Source: Eledone cirrhosa (lineage: Eukaryota). Taken from it: DNA of 64,000 nt. The notes under the pieces were generated by a model that worked only from the letters and a program-made list of their open reading frames with translations, was not told where the DNA came from and made no database searches. Shown here piece by piece: positions 14,908 to 28,426 of the stretch. A program made the position numbers and the translations under genes. The first letter of the stretch is position 1, and every line of letters begins with the position of its first letter. Location: positions 327,484,001-327,548,000 of the forward strand of contig OZ024740.1 in the NCBI GenBank assembly GCA_964016885.1, read 5' to 3'.

Positions 14908-16299
14908 AAAACTCTAGAAATATATTTTGAAGCAGCTACAACAAATGCGATTCTACTACATATTCAAGCGGAAGCTCTCCGTGAAATTCATTTCATCCGG
15001 GCATTATCACTCCTGCGGATTAACCCCTCCCAGGACTGCCTCGAGCAACGTCGATCATGGACCAGCCTTGGCCACGTGGGTCCCAAATGATGAGTGAGGT
15101 CATTCTTCACCGCATGCTTGGTCGCCCTTTTAGTCTTGTCCACTCTCGTGAAGTCCATTCTGTCACTCTGATGGCTTTGGGTTGTGACTTCAGAGATTTT
15201 TTACCTTGTCTGGCATGATCCAGGGGATGTACCCTACTCTCCACGTGTGGCATTGCGGCTTGGTGATGTTAAATGCACGTATATACACACATATATGCAT
15301 ATACGCACTATTGGGTGGCTGTTGACTCTCCTGAGTTCATCCGCCCATTGATGGGGTTAATTTTCGTCCCGTGGTGTGTCCAAAAATCACCCTTCTTCCC
15401 TAGTACGCTTGGCGGGGTTGCCAGTTTAGTCGCCAATTACCCGACCTTGCAGCAGGTTGTACTGGCTTACAGGGTTACATGTTACCAGAAGCACTCAAGA
15501 GCGAGCTGACATAAACTATCATGCACGTAACTTGCACGGCTTCAAAAGTCTTATTGCCGTTCAATTTTAGCAAACACAAAAGACTTGACTAATTAGAGTT
15601 GCCTCTTTCAGTCTATTTCATTGAAAGAAAAGAATTCCATATTTAGTTATTCATCTAAGGATAAGTGGAAAAACTCGTGTTTTTGATGACGTACGTTGTT
15701 GGTAGTGCAATAAACCAATTCAAAAGTTTCTCTATAAGAATAAGATGGTTACAGTCACCCTACATCGCACGTAAAATATTGGTAGCATTAGTACAGACAC
15801 GCATTCCAGTTGAACAGCAAGCAAGACAAGTTCTGTTATAGGTATGGTTTGCGATATACTTTTTCATATCATAAATATCCGGTAGAGGAGGCTATTGTCT
15901 ACTCATGAAAGAGAGAGAGCCATTTCAAGAGTGTATGCAAACCAAGGAAGCCACTGTTTTGTTAATTTTGAAATTCTCTTCGTGCTCAATTAATGAACAG
16001 TTGCAATAATGTATATCAAAAGCTCTCTCAACTAGTGATGACGAATTCATTTTTCAAGATAAAGCTGTGGTCAGTTACAATAAAAATGTATAGAACTTGA
16101 TGGAATAATAACATCATTTAGCATTAATTCCGAAGCAACATGTGTCTTAATTGATAAACATTATTCAATAAATTCAAAGGATTTCACCCTGAAATAGTTA
16201 TGTCTGTGCAAAGCCAACATAATTGTATATGGATCGACTGCACCTCTGACTTTGCTTGGAGTAATTAAAGTTACACTTGAAGTTGACTCCATCCACCGT

Positions 16300-18800
16300 A
16301 TTCATAGAACACCTGTGACCAAATCCATCACTGCTGTATATGTATTGGATCGTGAGAGAGCTCTTTCTCTCGGTTTGATTTAAATAAATTATGCCAATAT
16401 TCTAACAACAACAAAAATACTAAAACATTCCCTAAGTTATTCATTGGTAAGTTGAAAAATATGTAAACATGATCAATCAACCGTAAGATAAATCGCTAAT
16501 ACGTGTCGTGTGACAGAAATACAATCCCATGTAAAGAAATAAATAAAACAGAAATTAAATGTTTCTTTAAATTGGACATCATTAATATATATGATGACTG
16601 CACAATGTAAGTTTCACTTTTGGTTTAGGTAGCAAAGTAAAGGTGGCTTTGCTTGTTTATGTATCAACCTACACTGAACAAGTCCAGCTATCCAATGTCT
16701 ACTGATTATGAGGTACTAGACATGTGAAAAAGTCGTATTTCTTACAGAAAGTGAATCTTAATATGGACTTCCAGTAAGTAAAGTTAAATCCACACGTTTG
16801 CTTCTTCCAGCGAATAGTATATGTTCAGATAGTTGGTCCTTAGAATTTTCGCAGCATTTTAAGAATGGATGTCTTGATGTCCCGCAACTCCTGAGGGACT
16901 CGTATGGGTGACTTATTTAATATGGCATTTCTAGGGCATTTTAAAACCTAGCGAAGCCCATCTCCTCTCAAATTCTGAATACAGAGTGAGCGAATAGAAG
17001 TGAGAAAGAGATACAAAAGAATAATCGACACTGTACTTGACTGGTACTTTTTTTTAACAATCCTGAATGGATGAAAGGCAAAGTTGATTACAGCGGGATT
17101 TGAACTGAGAGAGCAGAGATCATGGCCAAATACCGCAAAGACGTTCTAACCAATCTGCCAATTCACTGCCTTTGAAGAGTAACAAGAATTTATTACCAGT
17201 CTTTTTAAATCTGAACATTAATAAGTAATATGACACGATACTGAATCAGTGTTTAACTATAGAACGTAACAATGGTCGCACATTTAACTGTACATAATAT
17301 ATTTGCGGTGTCAGGCAGTGCTTCAAATCTGGAAGTTAAACCGACAAAGCTGTTCGTGACACACCATCACTGTCTCACAATACCAAAAGAATTAAAACGT
17401 TTTGGATGATTACGCAGCTTATTTGTTCGCTTTGTACCATATTTAGACATCAAGACAGACATTATACAGAAACTGACAAAACAAGGAATAGATTTCTGTA
17501 GAATGTTAAACATTTCAGGAATTAAAACAATCGACAACATCCCATACAAAGTCATCACACCTTGACACAGAAGGGAGTGTTTATATCTATGTTGATGCCA
17601 GCCATGTTGGTTTGGTTGCTACTTTGGTGCAGCATGACTTCTAAACATCCAAAGCTCTTTCCAAAATCGAACAACAGTATTGTCAAACTGAAAAGGAAGG
17701 CCTTGTTGTAGCCTTGACATGTGAATGACTCTATTCATATCTATATGGAAAACCATTGAACGTCTTCAGTGACCATCAAACGCCATTAACATTATTTAAT
17801 GCAAAAGGAAAACTATCACTAAAACTAAGTCAGTGAAAACTCATATTGTTGCCCTATGATTACTAACTATATTGTATAATGGACATTTTCAATATATTAG
17901 ATGTACTGTGACATTAACTAACAGTAACAAAAGAGTATATTGATGAGGATGACTACTGTGAACGCTGTATATCTTTTTAGTCGCATATGCAATTACCAGA
18001 TATATATAATTTTTTAAAACATGCTAAAGAATACTGAACTAACTAATCAAGAGTAGAAGCACTATGAACTGGTTAATGGGAGGATCCGGCAGTTAAAAAT
18101 GATTTGTTCATAAAACAAGAGCTGACAAATAAATTAGGTATTGTTCTACTGAGAGATCTAATCATCATTTTGCGCTTTAGATACTGAATGTGTCATATTT
18201 GAATGGAGGAAAAACAGTCATTTCTAAAACAAACTATGGTGGACCAGCATCGACAAAGATATAGAGTTGAACATTAGAAATTAATGCATAGGCATGCCTC
18301 TTTCAAGGGTCCGCCACTCAGCGGAGAAACTTTGTTACTTATTGTAGATGAAGAGTAACGTGAACCGAAAATGTTGGTCATGAAATCAACTGGAATTCAA
18401 AATATGGTCAGTTTTTCGTTTTTACATCTGGGGAAATTCCAAAAAGTGTTTCGAGCAATGGGGAAAACAACATGAAATAGGCACGTCTTACAACCCCACC
18501 CCCAACAAAAACTGTAGTAGTATGTCACTATAGAATCATTGGTAAAGTAATGAAGTCATTAATTCAAGAAGATAAACAGTGGCAAATAAAAATTTGGAAA
18601 CATGTATTGCTCTACAGGTGTACTCCTATACTCATCAACAAAAGTAGCACTAATTAAAATCGCCTCTTACCTGATAAATTTCCGCAGTATGAAATCCCTA
18701 CAACAGACAAGAAAAAAGATAGTAGTGACAATAGAGTAAAATATAACATGAAATATCATACTGATCGAAGGACTAAGTCATTAACAGAAAACAGTTTAGA
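16300..18800 (+). mobile_element. Old, heavily degraded Gypsy pol relic
   Basis: Fragments read VDASHVGLVATLVQ (about 17591), SKALSKIEQQYCQTEKEGL, YLYGKP, WWTSIDKDIE (about 18237) and YRCTP. Boundaries are approximate. Confidence 0.7.
17030..17170 (-). mobile_element. Diverged SINE of the same family
   Basis: GGATGAAAGGCAAAGTTGA..GGGATTTGAACT. Confidence 0.7.
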
Positions 18801-19324
18801 TCGATTTGTATTACATACCTCGATAGATTATAAAACGTTATGCGGTCTATATCTATTGTCAAATTCGTTCCTCATTCGAAAAATACATGAGGTCCTTATA
18901 TTATAGATCTCCTTTGAAAGATTGAAAGGAAAGGCATATTAGTCAGTGGGGCTACATGGTAAGGTGTAAGATATGAACATTGCAGGATATATGTTCATTA
19001 AATATATATCTATTTCTTAAATACAGTGTACCGCCAGACATTACTAACTTCTGTAAGCTGATTAAGGTTGGTGGGAAATAGTAAGATGTAGGAGGGTTGG
19101 GAATAATGTGATAACTATATAATTTTCTCCAATAGTTATCTTCATATCTCTCTCTATACCTTCATATCATTTCCTTCTTACATATTTAGCTTCGATTTTG
19201 CTGGGTCTTCATAGCGTATTCATCTTTTTTTCTGTATTGTTGCAGCATTCCTTCATCCTTTCTCTTCTCACCATTATTAATCAACTTACAGAAGGCTGTA
19301 AAAGCTGACTGTACACTTTATTCA

Positions 19325-19352
<28 letters not shown>

Positions 19353-19356
<4 letters not shown>

Positions 19357-19651
19357 TGAAAGGATAACAAGGACGATTAGTTACTCCTTCATTACATTTA
19401 TTGGTAGGTGACGCGCGTTTCGCCATGATCAGCTCAAGGTTCGATCTGTTTCGATCTTACCCGACTCTATAATCGGCAGCTCGACGGACCCTTTCAAATG
19501 CTAGTAGAAAGGGTCCGTCGAGCAGCCGATTATAGAGTCGACTAAGATCGATACAGATCGAACCTTGAGCTGATCAGTGGCGAAACGCGCGTCACCTACC
19601 AATAAATGTAATGAAGGAGTAACCAATGGTCCTTGTTATCCTTTCAATATA
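19353..19651. repeat. Near-perfect palindrome with arms of about 140 bp, in (TA)n context
   Basis: Arms are 19353-19496 and 19507-19651; the right arm includes GAAACGCGCGTC. Confidence 0.9.
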
Positions 19652-19744
19652 TTACACTCTGTATAGCTCTACACCTCAACACAGAAGTGAACCTAAACAT
19701 CGAGTGCTCACCTGGGTGAACCTGCAGTAACTCCAAGTTACACT

Positions 19745-19803
<59 letters not shown>

Positions 19804-19806
<3 letters not shown>

Positions 19807-20171
19807 GGTGGGTCAAAAATATGTTAACACAAGTATGGGAGAAATCATTTATTCAGAATTTACTGAACAGTCTCAACCTGGTCACCAGCATGAACAATAC
19901 ACAAAAACCATGGATCAACACTACAGTTTAGTGCCTTGACACACATTTCGCGGGGAATACTTGATATGACACCTTGTATTCTGTCCTTGAGTTCATCGAT
20001 GTCTCTAACTTTGTTGCTATACATGCGCTCCTTTAACCATGCCCCATAACCAGAAGTCACAGGGAGTCAGATCAGAGGAGTGTACAGGCCATGCCAATGG
20101 TCCACCGCGACCTATCCAAACGATTTGGAAATGTTTGATCGAGAAAAGTGTTAACATAATTATGACTCACC

Positions 20172-20174
<3 letters not shown>
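19804..20174 (-). mobile_element. Internally deleted Tc1/mariner (maT/rosa-like) element
   Basis: TIRs are CAGGGTGGGTCA..TATGTTAACAC / GTGTTAACATA..TGACTCACCCTC with TA flanks. The minus strand encodes WPVHSSDLTPCDFWLWG and KERMYSNKVRDIDELKDRI. Confidence 0.85.
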
Positions 20175-20222
<48 letters not shown>

Positions 20223-20366
20223 CATATAAGTATGTATACGTATACGTACATACATATATGTATATATATATACATACTACTGTACGTCTGTATACATATA
20301 TGTATGTACGTATACATACTTATATTTAAGTAACAACCGTACAGATAGATAGATAGATAAATATAT

Positions 20367-20404
<38 letters not shown>

Positions 20405-20459
20405 TTCTTTATTTACCATAAAGGCATAAAAAGAAGGGACAAATACAAAGGGGGAGTTT

Positions 20460-23400
20460 ACATACAATCGAGTAAAAAGGGTATAAAATGAAAATAATCG
20501 AAAATAACCTCAAAAGGGAGGGGACGTGATGGGGGTTGCACACACCCCCGAAAAAGTGTGCAATCCTTTGCCCGGGGAGCACATGGAGAAGGTGCTCCCC
20601 TCTCCTTTAATTCTTTACCTACAGGATGGTATACAGGGAAGGCCCATTTACACGAGCCATTCTCGCCACTATCACCCACCTTTCATAAAACTGCCTGTGG
20701 CCAAGCACCTCTCTCTCTTCATTCTTATCCTTCTTCCGAAGTGATATCGGAAGAAGTAGACCAGACTATGGCCAGAGAGGAAGTTGCCTGACCTCAGACC
20801 TTTCAATCGTGTCCACCAAACAACCTCTTTCAACATGGCTATTACGCACAGAAAAACCGCCTTTGCTTCCTTTGTGAAGAGGGGAGGCGGTTTGATTGTC
20901 ATCACGGACTCGGCGGTCAATTGAATCGGCGTCACCCGCGACAGCAGTCGTTCGGCGTAGCACCACAGATCAGCCACGGCCGGACATTGCACCAATGCGT
21001 GCGCAACGGTTTCTTCGTGACGCACGCATCTAGGGCAAATCTTTTTTGAGGGATCCCTGCCCGGGCGCCCGTGTCTGTAGAGCCTCTCTCAAACGGGTAG
21101 AGCCCCTCGGTAGCACTGCCAGGCCAGTGACTTCTGGAAGTTGTCCATTGGTTCTGGGCCGAAAGTCCTACCGAACAGGCTGGCCAGTTCGTCTTCTTCC
21201 ATGTCCAGCGACTCTCCAAGGGTGTCATCGCTCCTGCTAGCCACCAGCCCTCTATAGAATGATGAGGTGGATTCTCCACCGATGGCCTGGCCCGCTTGCC
21301 AGAGAGCCCTGGGCGCCTGAGCACACTCAGTGTGCCAGTCTCCCAGTTTTCCGGATCTTTGCTTGACCCAGGACTGTAGCTCGGTGAGCGAGACGAGTCT
21401 CGGAAAGGTTCGTTTCACGAACGGAGCCCACACCGGTTGACCAGTGAGGAATACCTGTAGGTGCCGTAGCCTTAATGCGTGCCTACGCATCATCAACCAC
21501 GGCATCCCCAGCCCTCCTTTCGAAGGTTGTTGGCAGCAGATGGATCTTCTCACCATAGGAGGGCGCTTCTTCCAAAGAAATTGGAAGAGCATGCGTTCCA
21601 TGGTGGTGAGTGTTTCCTTAGGGCAAGGCACGACAGTCAGGCGGTAGTAAGTGACGGACGCTATGTAAATGTTCGCCACCTCCGCCCGGCCTTACACTTG
21701 GCCCATTTCTGGGTTAGTGCAAACACCTAGTTCGTAACCTCGTTCCAGTTCTTTTCCACCTGGAGGTCCGGTCCAGACCAGACCCCAAGCAACTTTACCG
21801 GGCCCTCCGTCCAGTGTCCGACGACACCGTCGGGAGGCATCGGTCTGCCTCTCCACGTTCCGAGTTGCAGCCCGATGGATTTTTCCCGGTTCAGTTTCGC
21901 TCCTGACAACCTTTCGTAATCCTCCAGTAAGGCACCGATCGCCTCGATCTCCGAGTCGGTCGATACCATTACTGTTACATCATCGGCGTAGGCCGACACC
22001 GCTTTGCTCAATCCTGGTTCCAGGGGGATACCCTGCAACAACTCCAACTTCCTCAGTAAAGGCTCGAGAGTCAATACGTACAGAAGGGAGGAGAGAGGGC
22101 ACCCCTGTCGAATGGATCGTGTGATTTCGAACGGCTTCGAAAGGTAGCCGTTCACCTTGATGCTAGAACAGATGTGGTTGCTATGTAAGGCAGTGATCCA
22201 GCCTCTGAAAACAGGACCGAACCCAGCCGCCGCTAGCACCGCATCCAGGTAACCATGGTCGACCCTATCGAAGGCCTTAGACTGATCCAAGTTGATCAGG
22301 GCCCCACCGAAGCCGGGTTTGTTGCCAACCCTCTCTATGATGTATCGCATGAGGTGGAGGTTATCGTGAATGGACCTGGATGGGATAGCACATGTCTGCG
22401 CATCTCCCACCAGGCCACCCACGACAAGCGCCAACCTCTTTGCTAACACCTTGGCCAAAATCTTTAACTCTGTGTTTAGCAGGGTTATGGGCCGAAAATT
22501 ATTTATACTATCTCCCTTGTTCTCGTCCTTCCTCACCAGCGTGACTACGCTCTTGGCTACAGAACAAGGAATTCTCCCGTTCTGCTGCCAATTGCAGTAG
22601 ACCGCTTCGAGGAGTTCGGAGAAGAAGACCGGCATTGCTAAATAAAGTTCGTAAGGTATACCATCGAGACCTGGAGATTTGCGTCTGCTGCATTGGCTCA
22701 GCGCATCTCCGATCTCATCAGCCGAGATTGGTCCCTCGCAGGACTCTTCCTCTTCGCTCGAGAGACGCGGCAGGCCGTCGAGGTATGGACCGAAATCCAC
22801 GTCCCCGCCCGGACCCTCGCCTCCCCCGAACAATCGGGCAAAGTGCCTTTGAAAGGCCTCGCACATCTGCTTAGGCTCCCGGATCACCCGTCCATCTTCG
22901 TCTTGCAACGACCGGATGGTGGATCGATTTCCACTCTTAGCTTCTGTCACGCGGGCCCAGCCAACGGCTTTGGCCCCCTCATTACCTAGAGCACGTATTT
23001 TACTTCGAATGACGCAGCCTTCGTGCTTTGCATCGAAAAACTGGTTCAAGGCCGTCCTCGATGCCATCACTCTGGCCACATCTTCGCTCTTGATTGCCTC
23101 TTCTAATTTACCTGTTAATTCTTTCTCGTTTCTATTCCTATCGGCAGCTAACATGTTGCTATAACTTATTGATTCTGTTTTAATCTCTCTTTTGAGAGAT
23201 TCCCACCATCGGTTGTTGACGATTGCACCCGTCAACCTCTCCTTAACTAATCTGCTAATCCGGTTTCTGTAAGTCTCTTTTGCCGGTAAAGACAAATTAA
23301 GTTTCCAGTAACCGGGACCCTGTTTATGTGTTTTCTCGAGATTGACTACGCAGGTCACTAATTTGTGATCCGTGTAGCCAACCGTGCGCATTTCTGGACA

Positions 23401-24046
23401 GCTTAATATGTCCCTATCCTTACTTCTAACTAAGAATCTATCTAAGTACGATCTAGATTGACCACTGTGGTTTCTCCAAGTCCAGGTAGGCACAGTTGGA
23501 AAATCTAGTCGATATCTATCGACCAAATTAAAACGGTCGAGTAACCCCTTGAGGCTGTTACACCCCCCTCTATTAGGACATGCTCCTGCATAGTCCCAAC
23601 GTGCATCCAGGATGTCATTCCAATCCCCCGCTAGAAGCAGGGAACGCGACGTTCCCAGAAAAGTCTCTAAACGCTGGAAGAAGTCGGGCCGTTCAGCTCC
23701 GAAAGGGGAGTAGACGGCGACCAGTCTTAAGGCCGCACCTTCACTACTGCCAACGTCTAGCACCAACAAACGACTCTCCGGGTCCGAGTGCACAACCTGT
23801 ACGGCAAGACCCAGGTGTTTTTGCAGCAGTACGACAACCCCACCCCCCACCTCCAGGTTGACAGAGAGATGCATGCACCTCAAAGTCATCGAAGGTAGGG
23901 GCCAGCTGCCGCACGACGCTGATCCGAGTCTCACAGATAACCATTACATTTATACCACATGACCTGAGGTCATTTAGAAGCTTTGCTTGCTTCCAAGTTG
24001 AGCCCAGGCCACGTGCATTCAAACATCCTACTCTTAACACATCCAT
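20460..24046 (-). pseudogene. LINE ORF2 (APE endonuclease, RT, C-terminal Cys motif), disrupted by frameshifts and stops
   Basis: Motifs: LNARGL, GDWN, SYLDRF, TDHK, KSPGLDG, FRPITLLN, DQSKAFDRV, RQGCPLS, YADD (21979-21990), GGLGMP, EETVAHALVQCP. Confidence 0.92.
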
Positions 24047-24276
24047 GTGGGCGGCAGAGCCAAAGGAGAGTGTAGAGACCTACCTTTCCGCTTCCCGGGG
24101 TTCGGGTCGCACGACTTCCATGGGGTCGGGGGTGTTGGGTGAAGGGGTGTCTTGTGGTGGTGTGGAGTCGTCAGTGTGTGGTGGGGTTGGGGTGTTTGGA
24201 GTTGTGTTGGGGAGGGGAAGGGGAGGGGGAAAGCTTTTTAGTAGGACGCGGTTTATGGGTTTGACAGAGGGTGGTC

Positions 24277-25806
24277 CTACGTTCTCCTTAAAATCCTTTT
24301 TAATTTTTGGTAGAGGTTCATTGGGATCTTTATTAATTTTAAATGTGGGTAGTTTTCTGAAGAAACAAAGTTTACACCTTCGGTTTGTACCGAAGGATTA
24401 TTGTTTATGAGTTCATTTAATTTATTATTGTTTCTGTTGATGTAAGTATAGTGTAATGTCTTTTTTTCGGATGGTGTGAGTGTTTCGAAGAGGGGAGGGG
24501 CAGGTTTGGTTTTGTTTGTTGCTGGAGGGGTGTTTTCTGTTTTGTTGGATTGTGTTGAGATTTGGGTGGGGGTTGTTTGGCCTTGTGTGTTTTGCACATG
24601 TTTTCTTTTTTTCCTTTTAATCTGTCTGAAGGACTCCGTTTCTTCCTCCGAATTCGTTGGGTTATCTTCAGTGTTGGAGGGAAGAGGTATGTTTGCTGGT
24701 AATGTTTCCGTGTTGGTTTTCTTTGTGGGGGAGATGGATGTCACTATGTTAGACTGTGTTGTGTGTTGTGTCTGCGGTGGTTGTGTTGTTTTATTGAGTG
24801 AGGGGTTGGGTGGGCCTGTATTTTGTTTTGGTGTAATGTGTTGTGACTGTTTGTGTTGTGGTGGTGGTGTAGTTTTACTGTGGGACGGGTTGGGTGGGAC
24901 TGAGTTTTGTTGTTTGTTTATCTGTTTTGGTGGTGGTGGTGGTGGAGCTGGTGTTGGTAGCAGGGTTTTCTTTTTGTTGAGTTGGGGACAAGCGGCCTTC
25001 GGGTGCCCTCTGCCTGCACAGGTATGACAGGACGGCCTTCTCCCCTCCACGCTAATGTTTATATACTCGTGGCCCTCTAATAGGATTCTGTCGGGTATTT
25101 GGGCGATGCGTTCAGGCTTCATTTGCACTACCAGCTCTATACCTGTTCCACTGAACGCATTGCCTGTGGTTTTCCCAATGGAAATCACGTTGTCATTCAC
25201 TGGATCGATGAAGCCAGCTATGAGCCAGCAGTAGTCCACATCTGGCATCATTGCATCCAGCCATATGCGTTGAGTTCTTTTACCCATATAAGATGGATAA
25301 AAGGTAAAAATTTTCGAACGAATCGGTGACAAAGCACATTTTTTTGCCGCCGATTCGTTCTTCATGATAATTGCTAGGCTTCCATACAGTCTGTCTTTTC
25401 TTATGAAAGTGGTTTCATTAAGTACTTCTGTGAGTACTGTTTTGATATCTGCTTGAGAGGGCTGTTCAGGTTTTTTTGAAGTGTTGTTGATGGTGCGGAA
25501 CACGACCGTTCGACTTTCAATGTCTTTGGTTAGTTCTTGAGGCATTTTTACCGATAAAATACCATTCTCTCCTTCACTTATGTATTGTTTGGCGTCTGTG
25601 ATTCTTCGTGCCACATCTGAAATATTTTCAGGTATATATGTCAAAGATTTCTTTGTTGTTTGTGCAAATGAAATCTTGTCGTCTGCTTTGCTTTCTGTTA
25701 TGGTGTTATTTTCAAATGTTATTTTTGTGTTTGTTGTGTCTTTGTTTGTGGTATTAGTATTGTCATGCAATTTTTCAAATTTTTTTTTTTCGTTGTTGGA
25801 ATCCAT
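24277..25806 (-). CDS. LINE ORF1 (gag-like, zinc knuckle); probably originally longer at both ends
   Basis: Contains CHTCAGRGHPKAAC (CX2CX4HX4C) and a Pro/Thr-rich tail. The upstream ORF 25870-26067 is in the same frame across one stop. Confidence 0.75.
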   Translation of the reverse strand: MDSNNEKKKFEKLHDNTNTTNKDTTNTKITFENNTITESKADDKISFAQTTKKSLTYIPENISDVARRITDAKQYISEGENGILSVKMPQELTKDIESRTVVFRTINNTSKKPEQPSQADIKTVLTEVLNETTFIRKDRLYGSLAIIMKNESAAKKCALSPIRSKIFTFYPSYMGKRTQRIWLDAMMPDVDYCWLIAGFIDPVNDNVISIGKTTGNAFSGTGIELVVQMKPERIAQIPDRILLEGHEYINISVEGRRPSCHTCAGRGHPKAACPQLNKKKTLLPTPAPPPPPPKQINKQQNSVPPNPSHSKTTPPPQHKQSQHITPKQNTGPPNPSLNKTTQPPQTQHTTQSNIVTSISPTKKTNTETLPANIPLPSNTEDNPTNSEEETESFRQIKRKKRKHVQNTQGQTTPTQISTQSNKTENTPPATNKTKPAPPLFETLTPSEKKTLHYTYINRNNNKLNELINNNPSVQTEGVNFVSSENYPHLKLIKIPMNLYQKLKRILRRT

Positions 25807-26212
25807 GTCCAGATTTGTGTTTTCGTCATTTTTCTCCGCAGATTCATCTGTTTTTATTTTATTTTTTCCTTACTTCTCTATGACGTTAGTTGGGAAGGAA
25901 GGGGGCACTAAAGCGTGCGAGCTTACAACTCTTACCGCTGTCCCCCCACCACTATTTTCGTTCGCTTCGTTTAACATTTCTGTCAGACGATTGAAATTTT
26001 TTTTGCCACAAAATTTTTTTAAAACAGGTTTTTCACCTCTAGGAGGGGTAAAGATGAGCTGACCCACCGCCTGACAGTTCAGACGGGGGGGTCAAGCTAC
26101 ACAATAGTATCAAAATTAAATTTGAACTCACAAAATTTCCTCAATAAATTTGAACAAAACTTCTGCGCGAAGTGAATTACATCCACACTGTAGAACAGAC
26201 GACAGCTAGATC

Positions 26213-26295
<83 letters not shown>

Positions 26296-27315
26296 TTTAA
26301 AATATATATATAGAGAGAGAGATATAGATATATAAATAGATAGATAGTTAGATAGATATATGTATATATAATTTATATATATGTAAGTATATATGTGTGT
26401 GTGTTGTGCTTTTGCATGTGGGATGTATGTGTGTGCGTGGCGGTGTGTGTGTATATGTGTCTAACCTGCTAGAACTGGAAAGACCACACGTTAGAAAAGT
26501 CTCTTTATTTGTACTGGTGTTATATTTCTATCAATGTTGTATCTAGAATCTTTTAAAAACTATCTATAAACAATATATTCTAGGCTGCAATCCAAATTTT
26601 AATGATTATAGTAACATTAATTAGATGAGTGTCATCTTCATTTTATAGCAATTTAAACTGGAATATTATAAATATAAAATAATATCTTTCATACTAATTT
26701 ACATTCCCTGCTAACTCTTGTTACGAGATTTGTATATTAATATCTATAGTCAGCCATCTTGTTTGATACAAATCATTATATATAGTATTTTATGAAGGAG
26801 AATTTTCCCCGATAACATCTGTAGATATTAAGCTAAGCATTTCAATTCATCTTTGAAATACGTTTGGTTTCATCTTTTCATAGAAGCTCCGAAAATAATC
26901 TGCTCCGACTAATCATATACCGCTAGTATCTACGAAACCATATGCTTAGTTACCATATATGTTAAGTAATATATATATATCTATATATACATTTAGGTTT
27001 ATTGGTTCACAACTGGATAGAACTGGTCATTCTGTATAGTCAACCTTGATGTAATATTAGGGAGAGCACTCGACGTAATGCAACTCACCCGTCTTCGTTT
27101 GTGTTGTTGGTGGTGCGAGAACGGAGTTAATTATTATAAAATAACAGGAGGCTGGACTGGTGTAATTCCTGAAATGTTTATTATACTATGAACACTTCAA
27201 TGACCGGGTTCAGTATGAAGGCGGCCGACCGGACTGGAAACTGCTAATTGTTTGGCCGCCTTCTTGTCTCTCTGCTTTTTCAGCCCCATGGATTGTGTCC
27301 TTTGTTAAATTTCGA

Positions 27316-27373
27316 ATACCTGATGATGTCACCGGATTCATACTGAACCCGGTCATTGAAATGTTCATAGTAT
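27316..27373 (+). ncRNA. Type I hammerhead in an inverted-repeat relic
   Basis: ATAC-CTGATGA-tgtcACCGG.TTCA tac TGAA.CCGGTcatt-GAAA-TGTTC-ATA-GTAT. Confidence 0.72.
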
Positions 27374-27420
27374 AATAAACCTTTAAGGAATTACACCAAT
27401 CCAACCTCCTGTTATTTTAT

Positions 27421-27452
<32 letters not shown>

Positions 27453-27645
27453 TGTAGATATATATATATATAATACATACATGCCACACGTACAAAAAAC
27501 ACATGCACACACACACATGTATAAATGTAGATATATGTAAATAGATATAAGTATTAATGCCTATATACATATATAGGTATAATACATATATGTGTACATA
27601 TATATAATTTATATATATGTATGTACATAATACATACACACACAA

Positions 27646-27781
<136 letters not shown>

Positions 27782-28426
27782 AAAGGTTATATATGATCTT
27801 CCTTCACTCATTTACAATTAACAACAATAAGAAATGTTCAGTCTACCAATTTTTATGTTATTACCGATAATGGACATAAGAGCACGCACGCTCGCACACA
27901 TACGTATATAGACATATGTAGGTAGGTATGTATGTGTATATATATATATATAACCACATATTCAAAGGCGAGACTAAATACATGCTTACTAAACATATTG
28001 TACATAATTTCCATATAGACATTTATTCAAAATATATCGTATCAGTAATTTTATTACACAAAAACACATTTACACAGAAAAATATATACACACACAAACG
28101 TCGACACAGGCACACTAATATATGCATACACACACAAACACACACACACACATATATATATATCCCAGGGCTCGCACCTACGGGCAGCTAACTCCGCCCC
28201 GATAGCCATAAGCAGAGATGTGATCCGGGCTCCAAGAACTGCGGCCGTCTTCACTCCTACAGGCTTTACTGCAAACCTATCAGAGAGCGACCGATACTTG
28301 GACAGTTTGCCCTCTTCGGACAGGTGGACAACGATATATATACAAGTATTTTATTCATATATATATATTATAAAATGCTCAGTATTTTTACTTTGAGCTT
28401 AATTATTAGAGGTTATTATTATGAAG

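Larger units (their letters stand above)
20404..26208 (-). mobile_element. Full-length L1/Tx1-clade LINE inserted in a (GATA)n microsatellite
   Basis: ORF1 and ORF2 (APE-RT-Cys finger) are on the minus strand. The 3' end has AATAAA followed by (ATCT)n. (GATA)n lies on both sides (about 20343-20404 and 26213-26294). Confidence 0.9.
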
